DNA of 63,872 bases, counting the filler, from Intoshia linei (lineage: Eukaryota; Animalia; Orthonectida): NCBI GenBank assembly GCA_001642005.1. It is 8 parts of 8 records of this genome, joined end to end, with 100 filler letters (N's around TTAATTAATTAA, not from the genome) between each part and the next. Parts side by side here need not be neighbours in the genome. Positions count along the whole stretch, not along the records: positions 6,505 to 11,716 come from LWCA01001819.1; positions 11,817 to 21,450 come from LWCA01001344.1; positions 21,551 to 27,589 come from LWCA01001718.1; 5 more parts are not named here. The stretch is one strand, 5' to 3'. Made by a program: the position numbers and the translations under genes. The notes under the pieces were generated by a model, which saw only the letters and a list, made by a program, of their open reading frames with translations, did not search any database and was not told the origin of the DNA. The first letter of the stretch is position 1; every line of letters starts with the position of its first letter. Shown here one piece after another: positions 10,906 through 22,347 of this stretch.

Positions 10906-11817
10906 CTTTTTTGTATTTTATTGAAAATTATTAATGTGATATAATGTCCTTATAAGATTAACATACTTAAAAAGACGCATTTATATGTTAATACTAGCAG
11001 GATTAATAGTAATTCACTGTTTAGCTTCGTTTTTAAAATATATTTTTATATTTCAACAAATTAATCATTGATCTGTAATTTAATAGAAGAAATAAATTGG
11101 TTCCACAGGGTCAAATTTGTAATTTTTTATTAAAATAGTTTTCTCAAATCTATTTAACACGTGAAAATTATTTATATTTTGACACTTTATATTAATATTA
11201 CGTATAACATGAATGATCTCAATTAATTTTATTCTGATAAAATGATCATTATCAGCAGTTCTCAGGGATTAATGTCAAACGTTTATGAAGCTGTATTTCA
11301 TTTCTCTTAAATTAATATAATAATTAAAATTTAGATTTGTCAACTATTAAAATAAATAAACCAAAAATAATATCCAAGACTCATACTCAATGAGTACTAC
11401 TCATATATAGACTTAAAATGCGCGTATGATATACTAAAACGTACATTTACAGTTAACCGTTACGGCGTTACGCACAAAAAATATAATAAAATTTGAAAAT
11501 CTGTTTTTTGGATGATTCCTGTGAATATTTAATTAATTGAGATTATGTATTAGATGGAATAATGAGATAAGAACGTAGTTAACAGATATGTCTGAAATTC
11601 CAAAAATCTATTATTTTAATTAGACTATAAATTCGGTTCAAAATATGCATAAAATGTTACGGCGTTACGAATTGAACTTATTAGTTACGTTATACATTTA
11701 TGGTATTAATAAATTGNNNNNNNNNNNNNNNNNNNNNNNNNNNNNNNNNNNNNNNNNNNNTTAATTAATTAANNNNNNNNNNNNNNNNNNNNNNNNNNNN
11801 NNNNNNNNNNNNNNNNA

Positions 11818-12263
11818 CAAGGTGTACCATTTAGAACAGTGCACTTGTTAAAACATTTCATATTATGAGTTCACTGATGAAATAAAGAACAAATCAACTG
11901 TATAAAAACAAGTTCATATTAATTTTTTGAATTAAAAATTTATAAAAATTCCCCTTCAAATATAGAATCCCTAAAAACCAATATCATCAACAGTATTAAC
12001 TCAATTAGCACTCAAAAATTATCTAATGTTTACAACAATTTCCTTAAACGCATTGATTTATGTATCCAATCTGATGGTGGTCATTTTGAACATTTATCGT
12101 AAATTAAATAATTTAAAGTTTCTAAATCCTTCTATTTTTCTTAAATACTTTAGATAAATATCCAAATAATTTTATTATTGAGCAAATTCTATTGTTTCTA
12201 GTGAAAATGTTTTTTTGATAAACTTCTTATTTTATTGCGCACTGTTTTAAATGGTACACTCTG
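11818..12263 (+). mobile_element. Internally deleted Tc1/mariner-superfamily element
   Basis: TIRs caaggtgtaccatttagaacagtgc / gcactgttttaaatggtacactctg, followed by TA. Retains the transposase C-terminus ...FLKRIDLCIQSDGGHFEHLS*. Confidence 0.85.
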
Positions 12264-12462
12264 TACATATCAACTACGAAACCGTAAAGTTTTCAATTAC
12301 CAAAGAAAACATTTATTGCGATTTATTTAACTTTTTTTAGTTCTCCATGTATAATATCATTCATCTTTTCATCACTTTTAACAATTTGTTTATTCAAACT
12401 CTCAATCGTATTCTAAAATAAATAAAATTGTATTACTTTACAATATTCAGTTTTTATCTATA

Positions 12463-13233
12463 CTCCCTCGCAACAATTTTGCAATTATTAGAAACTAGTC
12501 TCAATGATACTCTAAGTGTCTGAATTTTTTATGTATTAATCAGCGAAGCCAGATCTATCGTAGGCTAAAAAAATAAAAAAATGGGCCTAATTAATTCGTA
12601 GAAATTTACCTTTTTTCATTTATATGTAGATATGAAAGTCTCAACAATTTTGCAAAACAATAAATAATTAATATAATAATAATTATTTATTGATATATTT
12701 AATATACATTATATTCTATACATCTATAAATTTCCATTATTCATCATAACCTCGTACATTTTTGAATTAAATGATTTATGTATCCTTATAATCATATTGA
12801 CTTTTTAATTGCTTTTTGAACTCTTTTTTTTTAAAGTTATAATTCGCTTCGATTTGATTTATCTTTATTCATTTGAAACGTTATAAATTATTCTAAGGGC
12901 AACATTGTTGGTTTTTGCGATATTTACCTTTTCGATACCATCAAATCTTTTTCTATTAATTTTGTTATATCATTTACAGTCATTTGCAATAATGAAAACA
13001 GTTTAAAAACAATAATTTGTCAGGAAATCCAAATTTATTATGTTTTCGATAGTTTTGCAAAATTGGTGAGACATTATTAGTAACAAAATAATTAAAACCT
13101 TCCATTTCTACGACTTTTTTCAGATTTTTTTACAAATGAATGATCTTGCCAAATCGTTTAATATATAAAAAATTGAAAAACATAACATGTAGTTTAGATT
13201 GTCTATATCAATTGCAAAATTGCTGCGAGACAG
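12463..13233. mobile_element. TA-flanked MITE with nested inverted repeats
   Basis: Outer pair ctccctcgcaacaattttgcaatt / aattgcaaaattgctgcgagacag. Inner pair gtctcaacaattttgcaaaac (about 12638) / gttttgcaaaattggtgagac (about 13072). Confidence 0.55.
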
Positions 13234-13454
13234 TATATATTAATCAACCACAATTTTTTAGAAATTTCAATATGTTCTTTAGTTTTACAATGTTCCAAAT
13301 CTTATACATTACCAATGAAATTATATACATTAGTGGTTTCCAACTATTTTAAAATTAGGCCCGTATCAATTATTTAATTTAAGCGATCACATAACACCAT
13401 GCCAACTAATACAGAAATTCGCCAGACACACCTTAGAAAGTACTCTAAATGTAA

Positions 13455-13630
13455 TATTATGTTGTTTCACGACAATGCTAGACAATTACAAAAACTCGTT
13501 AAAATGTCTCTACAATTTAGATTATAATTACAAATAAAATACGATGTATTGTGCCAATCAATACCACCATATTCTCCAGGTATTGCACCTTGTGACTATC
13601 GCCCTTAGACATCCATGATTAATCAAATTA
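13455..13630 (+). mobile_element. mariner transposase relic
   Basis: LFHDNAR...PPYSPGIAPCDY, matching the mariner HDNA and YSPDLAPxDY motifs. Confidence 0.75.
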
Positions 13631-13944
13631 AAAAACTTCAAATATTAAAATAATTACTTAAAATTCATACAGTCGCCATGGGCGACGTTTACGGAGTTGG
13701 TAATCACTAATAGGCATGTATAAATTATTATAGTGGTTTTCGACGGTTTCGAATTTTGCGACCCATTCCAACATAATAATGTAATTAAATAGCTTTAAAA
13801 CTAATTAAATTAATAGACATAGAAAATGACCACAAAACCTTAAATGTTAATAATAGATTTGAAAATAAAAAATATGAAGGGAATGGCTTATTTCCAAAAT
13901 TATTTTATTACATACCATTTTATTGAATTATCATGATTGATTTA

Positions 13945-14346
13945 TTATGATAAAATTATATTTTCCTACTTTGTATAATTTACATAAATATAACCTGTAT
14001 TCGTTCAATATCTTTCAACAAATTATTCTGTTTCTCTTCCATGTCAAGTCTGGCGACAGGTTGTGGTATCTTGATAAATCTATCGATATTTACAAAGGAA
14101 TATTAAAATTACAGTCTGCCATATGATTTGTACATTTCATGGTTATCAGGAAAGTCATTAACATCCTTGAGAGCATATTTTATTTCATTAAGGTGCATGC
14201 TTTTTTCCTTATACGTATTTGTTGAAATATTGATTTGATTTTGCAAAAAATGTTTGGTCTGCTTATTATCCAATACTGCCTGAAATCGTAAATATACAAA
14301 TATATAATTAATAATCTTCAACCTGCTGAGATGGACTTTGACTCAT
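13945..14346 (-). CDS. Prefoldin beta-type subunit (PFDN1-like, divergent)
   Basis: MSQSPSQQ|AVLDNK...HEMYKSYGRL|FIKIPQPVARLDMEEKQNNLLKDIERIQ with introns of 43 and 33 nt. The MYxxxGRxF hairpin lies between two coiled-coil helices. The last micro-exon is uncertain. Confidence 0.65.
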
Positions 14347-14398
14347 TTTATTCAATCAGATATTTAAAATGAATTTAACTTTATAATATTTTTAAATC

Positions 14399-15744
14399 AT
14401 GTCGAATGTAATTTAATTGTAGTACAAACTAATTTTTTTATAGAAAGAAGCTGAAATATACGATAAGATTCCAAAATCTTTAATTGTACATCAAGGTAGC
14501 ATTGGTATTTATTTAAAAAAATTGGAAAAAGATGTTCGTAAAATTATGGAACCTGAAACTGCTTCAAATCTTAAAGTGCGAATCGTTGTAATACTTTTAT
14601 AATTTAAATTCTAGATTAATAAGAAAAATAAATTGAAAGATTTTGTGTCTGTTGCATCATCATTAAAAGTTTCTCATATATGGTCAATTTCTATGAATAA
14701 GGTTGGAAATCCAAATTTAAAAATTGTTAATTTACCAAATGGACCTACTATTTATACTAAAATTATGAATTATACACTGGCAAAGGATGTTGTATCCAAT
14801 TTGAAAAAAAATGTCAATAATACATCACTTTTTAAGTCACCTGCTTTATTAATTATGAACAATTTATCAAAAACGCAATCTACTAATCCTCATCTTGCTT
14901 TAATTAGAGTTTTCTTTCAAAATATTTTCTCTGCAATCAATGTTAATACTGTAATTTGATTATAAATTTTTGTGATATATTATAAATCTATATAGTTAGA
15001 TGTTTCAGCTGTTCGAAGATGTGTTTTGTTAAATTATAATGATGCTGATGATTTGTTGTCCATTCGACATTAGTATGATTCAGTTTATTCAGCTCCATAT
15101 TATTTAGCGCCATTAAACTTTTACCCGTCGGTGTCAGCAAGGGAGTAAAAACAATTGTCAGAAAGCGAGTTCTTAATTTATCTAATCAAAACGATATCAG
15201 CGATATTTTATTAAAGTAAATTTTTTATTTTGATATTATATAAGTTGATTTTAGTGGCGGAGAAGGACTTTCTGAAAGTGAAGCAGAATTGGACTTGGAT
15301 AGTGAAGTTATTGTTAATACTACAACTAAAGACAAATCAGTAAATCATAAAAAATCTGTAAGGTAATGACTTTATAATTATTAGTAATAATCTATTACTT
15401 TTTTTAATGCAGAAATTTAGATTATACGAAATTGGACCAAGGTTAGATTTGAAACTTTATAGAATTGAAAGTGGTGTTTGTTCTGGAACAGTTTTATACC
15501 ATGCATTTAAAGAAATTGACGACAAACTTAACAGTAAAATTGTAAAAACAGTGTCAACTAAAAAACAAACAGAGTAACTTATAAAATAATAATGTTTCAA
15601 CTGAAAAATAGCAATATTCGCAAGGAAAGAAGGTTACTTCAAGAGAAAAATGTCAAAAGAAAACGCGACGAAATACTTTCCAGCGATAAATGTACTAGAA
15701 AAGTCAGAAAACTTCAAAAGCAACGTAATTTCATAATTTGTTAA
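14399..15744 (+). CDS. PPAN: Peter pan / Ssf1 Brix-domain ribosome biogenesis protein
   Basis: Spliced: PKSLIVHQG...DVRKIMEPETASNLK|INKKNKLKDFV...LPNGPT...VRRCVL...LSIRHY...SESEAE...VRLYEIGPRLDLKLYRIESGVCSGTVLYH. About 8 exons; 3' end approximate. Confidence 0.92.
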
Positions 15745-16161
15745 ACATTAATTTTTGCAAGTCATTATTTATACTCCAATTTTTTTTAGTCCTGCTATAT
15801 TTTTTATTGTTTCTTATAAAAAAGTGGTTTCTAATGTTTTTCGGTTCATTTTAAATATAAAAGAATCTGTACCAATCAACTTTTTATGCACTAATTGTGA
15901 CCACCCAGAGTTACCAGAAAAGTGATGAGTTCAGCAATCATGTAACGACTCTAATTTCATAAATTTCACAATCTTAACTTAAATTTTAAGTTATTTTTAA
16001 CTAACATTTTTATTTATTTTGTCATTTTAAAACTTTAACACCTTAATTTTTTCCTACTTTGTCTAAATATTTTCATAGAATGTTATAAATTAGTTAGATA
16101 CGAAACTTTATAATTTTTATAGTTCATTTATTAAAATATTCATCATTTCCTTAGATTATAT

Positions 16162-17569
16162 CAGGGGTCGGCAACCAGTGGCCCACAGTATAGTTTTGGT
16201 GTCCCTATGAGTAAATATTTACATTCTTTATTTTTCAACTTTTAAACACTTTTCTGCTATAATTGGCTCATTATAGTCATTTCAGATCGCCCTGGATTTT
16301 ATGTTGTTGAATATACCAGAACCGTTTCTCTTCAGTTAAAATTGAAATGCTGGTACCAGTATAATTTTTAAAAAACGACAACATATTTTTGAGCAATATA
16401 TTCATTTCACATGATAATTGTAAATAAATTATATTCAGATTAAAATTGATTTGTAATACTTTACTTATTTAAAATGGAATGTCTGTATGTTACCGTTTAT
16501 TTAAAAAATTGACAGTCGTAGAATTAAAAAAACTCAATTTTTAATACAGTTTTATCACTACGTGTTTTTATCTATTTTTTAGTTTCAGAATTTGAGTCCT
16601 TCATTGTTAAAAATTCAATTTCCTCTTTTATTTAAAAAATATACAAAAATTTAATAAAACATACATTCGGGGACATGTTTTAAAATCATTAACATTGTCG
16701 TAAATCTCAGCCTTAGAAACGCATACCTTCATGGTCAAAACCACAAATTATTAACCTTTGTTTAAAAAATGAAACATGTACTAAAATTTTATGAAACATA
16801 AATTCTGGGATAGTTTTTAAAATCATAAATGGCAACCCCAAAAAAGATTCTTTTCACGATCAAAACCCTGATTACTTTTTTTTAAATGAAAACAGCCCTA
16901 GAATTTTAAAAAAAATTACAGATGGTACAGTTGTATGCTGTTAACACATACAAAAAATTTTAATCTGACAAAATGGCACATTCACGATCAAAAAAGCACT
17001 TTAGTATTAATTTATTTTTATGTAGAGACTATTTTATTAAAACAAAAAATCATTTTTATATTTATTACAATGCTTTGCAGTGCTGGGAAAATTCATCCCA
17101 AATATGTTTTTAAAGTGCTGATTCCGTTAATTATTGATACAAAATTGATACTTTATACTTATCGATGATACTGATATTGATCATTTATACTCGAATACAT
17201 TATCAAATCATTTCAATACATGGTCAACTATGAATTTCTAAAATTAACATTTACAATATTTAACTCACTACGGGCTAACTTGTAATTTAAAAAATCTTAG
17301 CATTTTGATTTCATATACAGTAAAACCTCTATTATTCGCCAGTTTTAATTTTTATATACAAATAATAATTAATATCTATAAATGTTAATAAAATTACAAA
17401 TAAAATAAAATGTACTAATATTTCAATTTATAATAGTATTTTTAATTTTTTCGACTAGCTGGCCATGGTCAGTACATTATTGCTGGTACCAGCTTCATGT
17501 TGGTACTACGACTGATTGTGTAAATTTTCAAAAAAGGGATCACAAGACGCAAAAGGTTGCCGACCCCTA
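16162..17569. mobile_element. hAT MITE (same family as 4710-5021) with about 1.1 kb of nested repeats
   Basis: TIRs caggggtcggcaacc / ggttgccgaccccta, TSD gattatat/gattagat. Both flanks match the 4710 copy; the middle holds Helitron-family and pogo-like fragments. Confidence 0.8.
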
Positions 17570-18170
17570 GATTAGATGATAATTTAGTTCATTTTTAGTA
17601 TATAATTTATACTAAAAAGAATTTGTTCATTGGATCAAAAAATCCAAATATAATAAATAAATCGACATTTTAATTTTATATGACGTCTAAAATTTCCATA
17701 TATGGAACTTATATACTTTACAACTCCTGTATTAGATAACATTATTTCTAAATAATTTCAAATTTAGTTGGAATATACAAAAACGTAAAAGAATAATTTA
17801 TATATATAAAATGTATTGTACAGTAAATGTTTACAAAACAATTGGTATTCTATCATTCTAAAATATAAAAATATAACCTTGATCTAAAATACAAATTTTA
17901 ACAACCCAATAAACCAAAATTTTTTGATATTTTAGTAAGGAGATAATACTAAATGTATTTTATTCATTCTTAAAAAAACGTGATTTATTTTCAGTTTGGT
18001 ATACTAATAAAAGCTTGGGAGTTAAATTAGGAATATTCATTTGTGGAAATTATGATTTAAAATTCAATTTTGTCAGTGATCATTAATCAATGATTATACT
18101 AATATTATGTAGATTGACATGAAAATTTGAAAAATTAAACTAAAATTTTATCCGATGTATAGGGCATATG

Positions 18171-19528
18171 TCAAAACATGTCACAATCTTCAGTGAATAC
18201 ATATAAAATTACATATGTGGATGCTCTAGCCTTAATAACATTAAATCCAATATAATGAATCTAAATTACTAAATATATATACATAGAATAAAGTAACCTT
18301 CTGATGACGTGGTATAGAAATTCCTTGTGCCCTGTAAATGTGTTTATTTGGAATATCTAGTTTATTTATCTAAATAATCATATACAACGAATTTTATATA
18401 ATTACAGCAGAAACAACAAATGTGTAAATATTATTTGGGTGGCCCATCAATGGTGCATCACAAAAGTCAACGTGATTTTTATAGGAATAAACTGTAACAT
18501 CATTATCATCCATTGTAGATAAAATGTGTGTCTTAAATCTAAATAAATATAATTATATTTTAAATAATAAAGGATACCTGTTATACTTAAAAATTTCAAA
18601 AGCCATAGCCTTCGATACGCAAAGTGGAATAATTGGTGATTGGCTAAAATGCTGTTTTTTGAAAGATTTTTCTACGTAATTTGAAATAATTTTGAGATCA
18701 TTCTAAAATTTATATTAATCATCATTTACAATGTACTTACATCTGAAAAGGTAATGTCACTTTTTTCATTCAGGAAAGATATGGAAAAATCGTATACAAA
18801 TGATCCAGATTCAACTATAAATTTATTTAAAAAGAGTTTACTCTTTAATTACTGTCAATTTTAGGGAAATTACATAATTCTATGTATAAATCATTTTTGA
18901 ATACATTAGTCAATGCATGCCCCATTAGAAACGAACAAGATTTCCAAAATATCTAAAAATAAATAAAGTATAAAGATTGTAGAAACAAAATTAGTTTACA
19001 TTATTGGAAATGGTGGGTCTATTTTCATTTAAATGCATAAAATCTAGAGTACAGGAAGTTTCAAAAGGTTTGTACATGTCCCATTGCCTTCCGTTGACCA
19101 ATGCTATGATTGACCTTTCCAAAAGAAGTGGATGGATATCTAATAAACTAAATAATGACAAAATTAATAATAAACTACGTTTGGCTGCATCAGCTGGAGT
19201 AGATATATTTTTATTTAACTTTATGGATATGGCTGTTTCGTTATTAAGCAATCCAATATAATCAACGTTTATCTTTTCAAAAACAACAACTCCCTCTCTT
19301 TGTCTCGTATACTCCTTTTTAAATAAATGTGTAGTATGATTCCTAACGTGTTCATTAGTCACACCATTAATCATATTAGTTTCGCTTAAATTATTCAAAT
19401 CCACGTTATTGGGTACACCTGAAAACCTGTACAAATTTTCTAATTTTAAAAATATACAGATATAACGTCTTGTTACTGTTTAAAGTCCAACTACATAATC
19501 TCCGTGATTTAAAAATTATATTAAACAT
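18171..19528 (-). CDS. MRPL39: Mitochondrial ribosomal protein L39
   Basis: Presequence-like MFNIIFKSRRLCSW, then LNKNISTPADAAK...ALVNGRQWDMYKPFETSCTLDF...IFWKSCSFLMG...SGSFVYD...IYRAQGISIP. This is the TGS plus ThrRS-N-like layout of mL39. 3' end approximate. Confidence 0.88.
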
Positions 19529-19604
19529 TGCAACCAATAAAATAAATCACAAATTGAAAATTTTATATAAATTAATTCAATAAACTATCTTTCATTTAAT
19601 ATCG

Positions 19605-19616
19605 TTACACGTGTAA
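19605..19616. promoter_or_regulatory. Palindromic E-box (ttaCACGTGtaa) in the MRPL39/RPL18A divergent gap
   Basis: Perfect 12-bp palindrome with a CACGTG core, inside a 95-nt gap between the two ATGs. Confidence 0.35.
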
Positions 19617-19623
19617 ATTTATT

Positions 19624-20396
19624 ATGAAAGTAAGTGGAGAAGTAATATTATTAAAATGATATAATTTAAACAAAAAAAATGTATAATTTAATTTTAGTTG
19701 AAAGAATATAGAATTGTTGGTCGTAAATTGCCTTCAGCCGTCAATGAATCCCCAAAATTGTATAAAATGCAAATATTTGCCCCTAATGACACAACCGCAA
19801 AATCGAGATTTTGGTACTATTTGAGCAAATTCAGAAAAATGAAAAAGTCTACTGGTGAAATAGTTTCAATTACCAGGGTTTTTGCCTTTTTTCATATTTT
19901 ATTTTTTCTTAGACATTCCATAAAGGGAATGATTGTGTTAAGAATTTTGGTATATGGCTTCGTTATAATTCCAGATTTGGAACACATAACATGTATAGAG
20001 AATACAGAGATACTTCAATTTGTTCTGCTGTAACGAAATGTTGTAATATTTTGATAATTTATTTCTTTACTTAATGTTTTACAAGAAATATATATTCATT
20101 TATTCAATTTAGATCATGACATGGCAGGTCAACATAGAGTAAGGGCTCATAATATTGACATTATTCGAGTCAAAGTTGTTAAGGCAAAGAACGTGAAAAG
20201 AACTTACATAAAGCAATATTTGGTATATTTTTTTTATATAAAATGATGCTATTATAACAGTTTAAAATCCTCAACTATTTATTCTAATTAAAAATATATT
20301 TAGGATAAAAATCTTAAATTTCCCATGTTGCACCGTGTTAATCATAAATTGCATAAACCAGAGGTGTCTACAAAAAGACCGACTACTGTATTTTGA
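19624..20396 (+). CDS. RPL18A: 60S ribosomal protein L18a (eL20), 5 exons
   Basis: MKVSGE|[12 protein letters not shown]...[19 protein letters not shown]...[24 protein letters not shown]...LKFPMLHR...KRPTTVF*. Confidence 0.97.
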
Positions 20397-22347
20397 TTTC
20401 ATTAAACTTCAATATGTGTATCACTATTTATACTACTTTTTTGAGATGTAATACTATATTCGCTAGTATTATCTTAGAAATAATTCTTTGTCATTAATTC
20501 CTAATTGATGTATTATTTGATGAATTGAATTTATTCAAACAATCATTGAAAATATACCTACTGTAGAAGTAATACATGTATTATATATATCCTTAATAAG
20601 CAATCCTTATGTAACGTAATTTAGCTTAAAATGTCTGCTTATTTAGGCTGACCATTAGGGTGTTTCAAAAAGTAGAAATTTTGCGAGTTTTTCTTAGCCT
20701 TAGTAAAAATTAAGCTAGTATTAATATTTAGAGTACTATGTGACTTATTTTTTTGTAAATGTTGGTGGTCGAGTTGCGCACTGCAAATAAAGATTTTCCT
20801 ATAAAATATTGAAAAATAGTTTATTATCTGAATTCTCATTGGTTGATATATTAAAATTAACAACAAATATGAATATTACACGAAATATCTTTATTTTTTG
20901 ATGACTTTTTTTGAGTTAAACAAAGAAAGACGTCAACAGAGGTGTAACACTTGTAAGACACAAATCTAATTAAAAAAATATAACAATGCCCAGTTAAGGG
21001 TTTTTTTCATATTAATTTAATAGAAACTAAAATTTTTAATAATAAAACGAATACGCATTATACCTAATATAACTTAAATACACTATAAATCAACTTTGTA
21101 TTTCTATTCTAATAATTAAAAATAAGACAATATTTAATTGTAATTATTTATCTATTTTAAATTAGAATAGTCTAGATTCTTGTCTTCCATAATAATATAA
21201 TACAGTGTAATACTACATAGTTGAAAATCTAAAATATATTATTAAAACCAAAAATATAGATGAATTTATCAATTAAAAAGGATCGACTTTTGATACACAT
21301 CGAGAATTAGTTCTTTTCTTAAATTTGAAATATTTTTGGAGCGATCTTTCAAAATATTTAGTCTTGAGAGGATGGCTCAGCTACCTCATTTATCATCAGT
21401 ACGTCCAATTTCGGTTGAGACGTATATTTGCGTTTATTAAGAAAAAAAATNNNNNNNNNNNNNNNNNNNNNNNNNNNNNNNNNNNNNNNNNNNNTTAATT
21501 AATTAANNNNNNNNNNNNNNNNNNNNNNNNNNNNNNNNNNNNNNNNNNNNAGTGACTTAGTTATTGCACTCACAATTTTTATTATGTAAAAAATAAATTG
21601 GTTAATGCAAATTTTGCATAAATGCTTAAATGCAATTTAAATGCGTGCATTTCTAGCATTTAAAATGAAAAAAATAGCACTATCAACGCAACTTATTGAC
21701 TTAAAAACTACTTTCTAGCATTTATAATTTCGTGCAAAATTACAAACTCACAATTGTATAAAGTCAATAAAATTAGCATTATCATCGAATTTTTAGTGCT
21801 ATAAAATGTCGATTCTAATTATTATAGAAAATTATTCAATAAGAATACAAAGTATATTAATACATTCAGCCATGGTTCTTAACGTGGGCGTTATCAAAAT
21901 TTAGGAGGCGCTGCAACCATTATTATTAAAAATTTCAAATGTATTATTTTTGATATTGTTAATAAAAAATTTTTTGCCTTTATGTATTTTGTATTATGGG
22001 ATGTGAGCCTTCAAAATGTCCATAAAATGTTCGACTGATATATTCTGAAATTTCAAGAATATTATTGCGTTTTTCAACATCTTATATGGTTGAAAGTGGA
22101 TTCAGATCTGTAAACTTCAAATATTCACTAAAAAAATGTCAGTAAAGATAGAAACAAAATTGATTTACCTTTTTTCCATTATTATCAATTTTATAAAAAT
22201 TATAGTTCAGTTTATTATAATAAGGGAGACTCTGATTTAAAAAGTTTGAGGACCCCTGTATTAGAGTATATGATCAACAGTCATGTGAAAAAATCTCTAA
22301 AAATTATTATTGTATACATTAAAATGTTGTACACGTTGAAAAATTAC

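Noticed and set aside
11455-11695. gttacggcgttacg repeats (and cgattaatcg repeats near 47295)
   Set aside because: Short subterminal-type transposon repeats. There is no regular repeat-spacer period, so this is not CRISPR, and the DNA is eukaryotic.
15895-15960. gtgatga C-box-like motif after PPAN, and possible snoRNAs in RPL18A introns
   Set aside because: No suitably placed CTGA D box or terminal stem.
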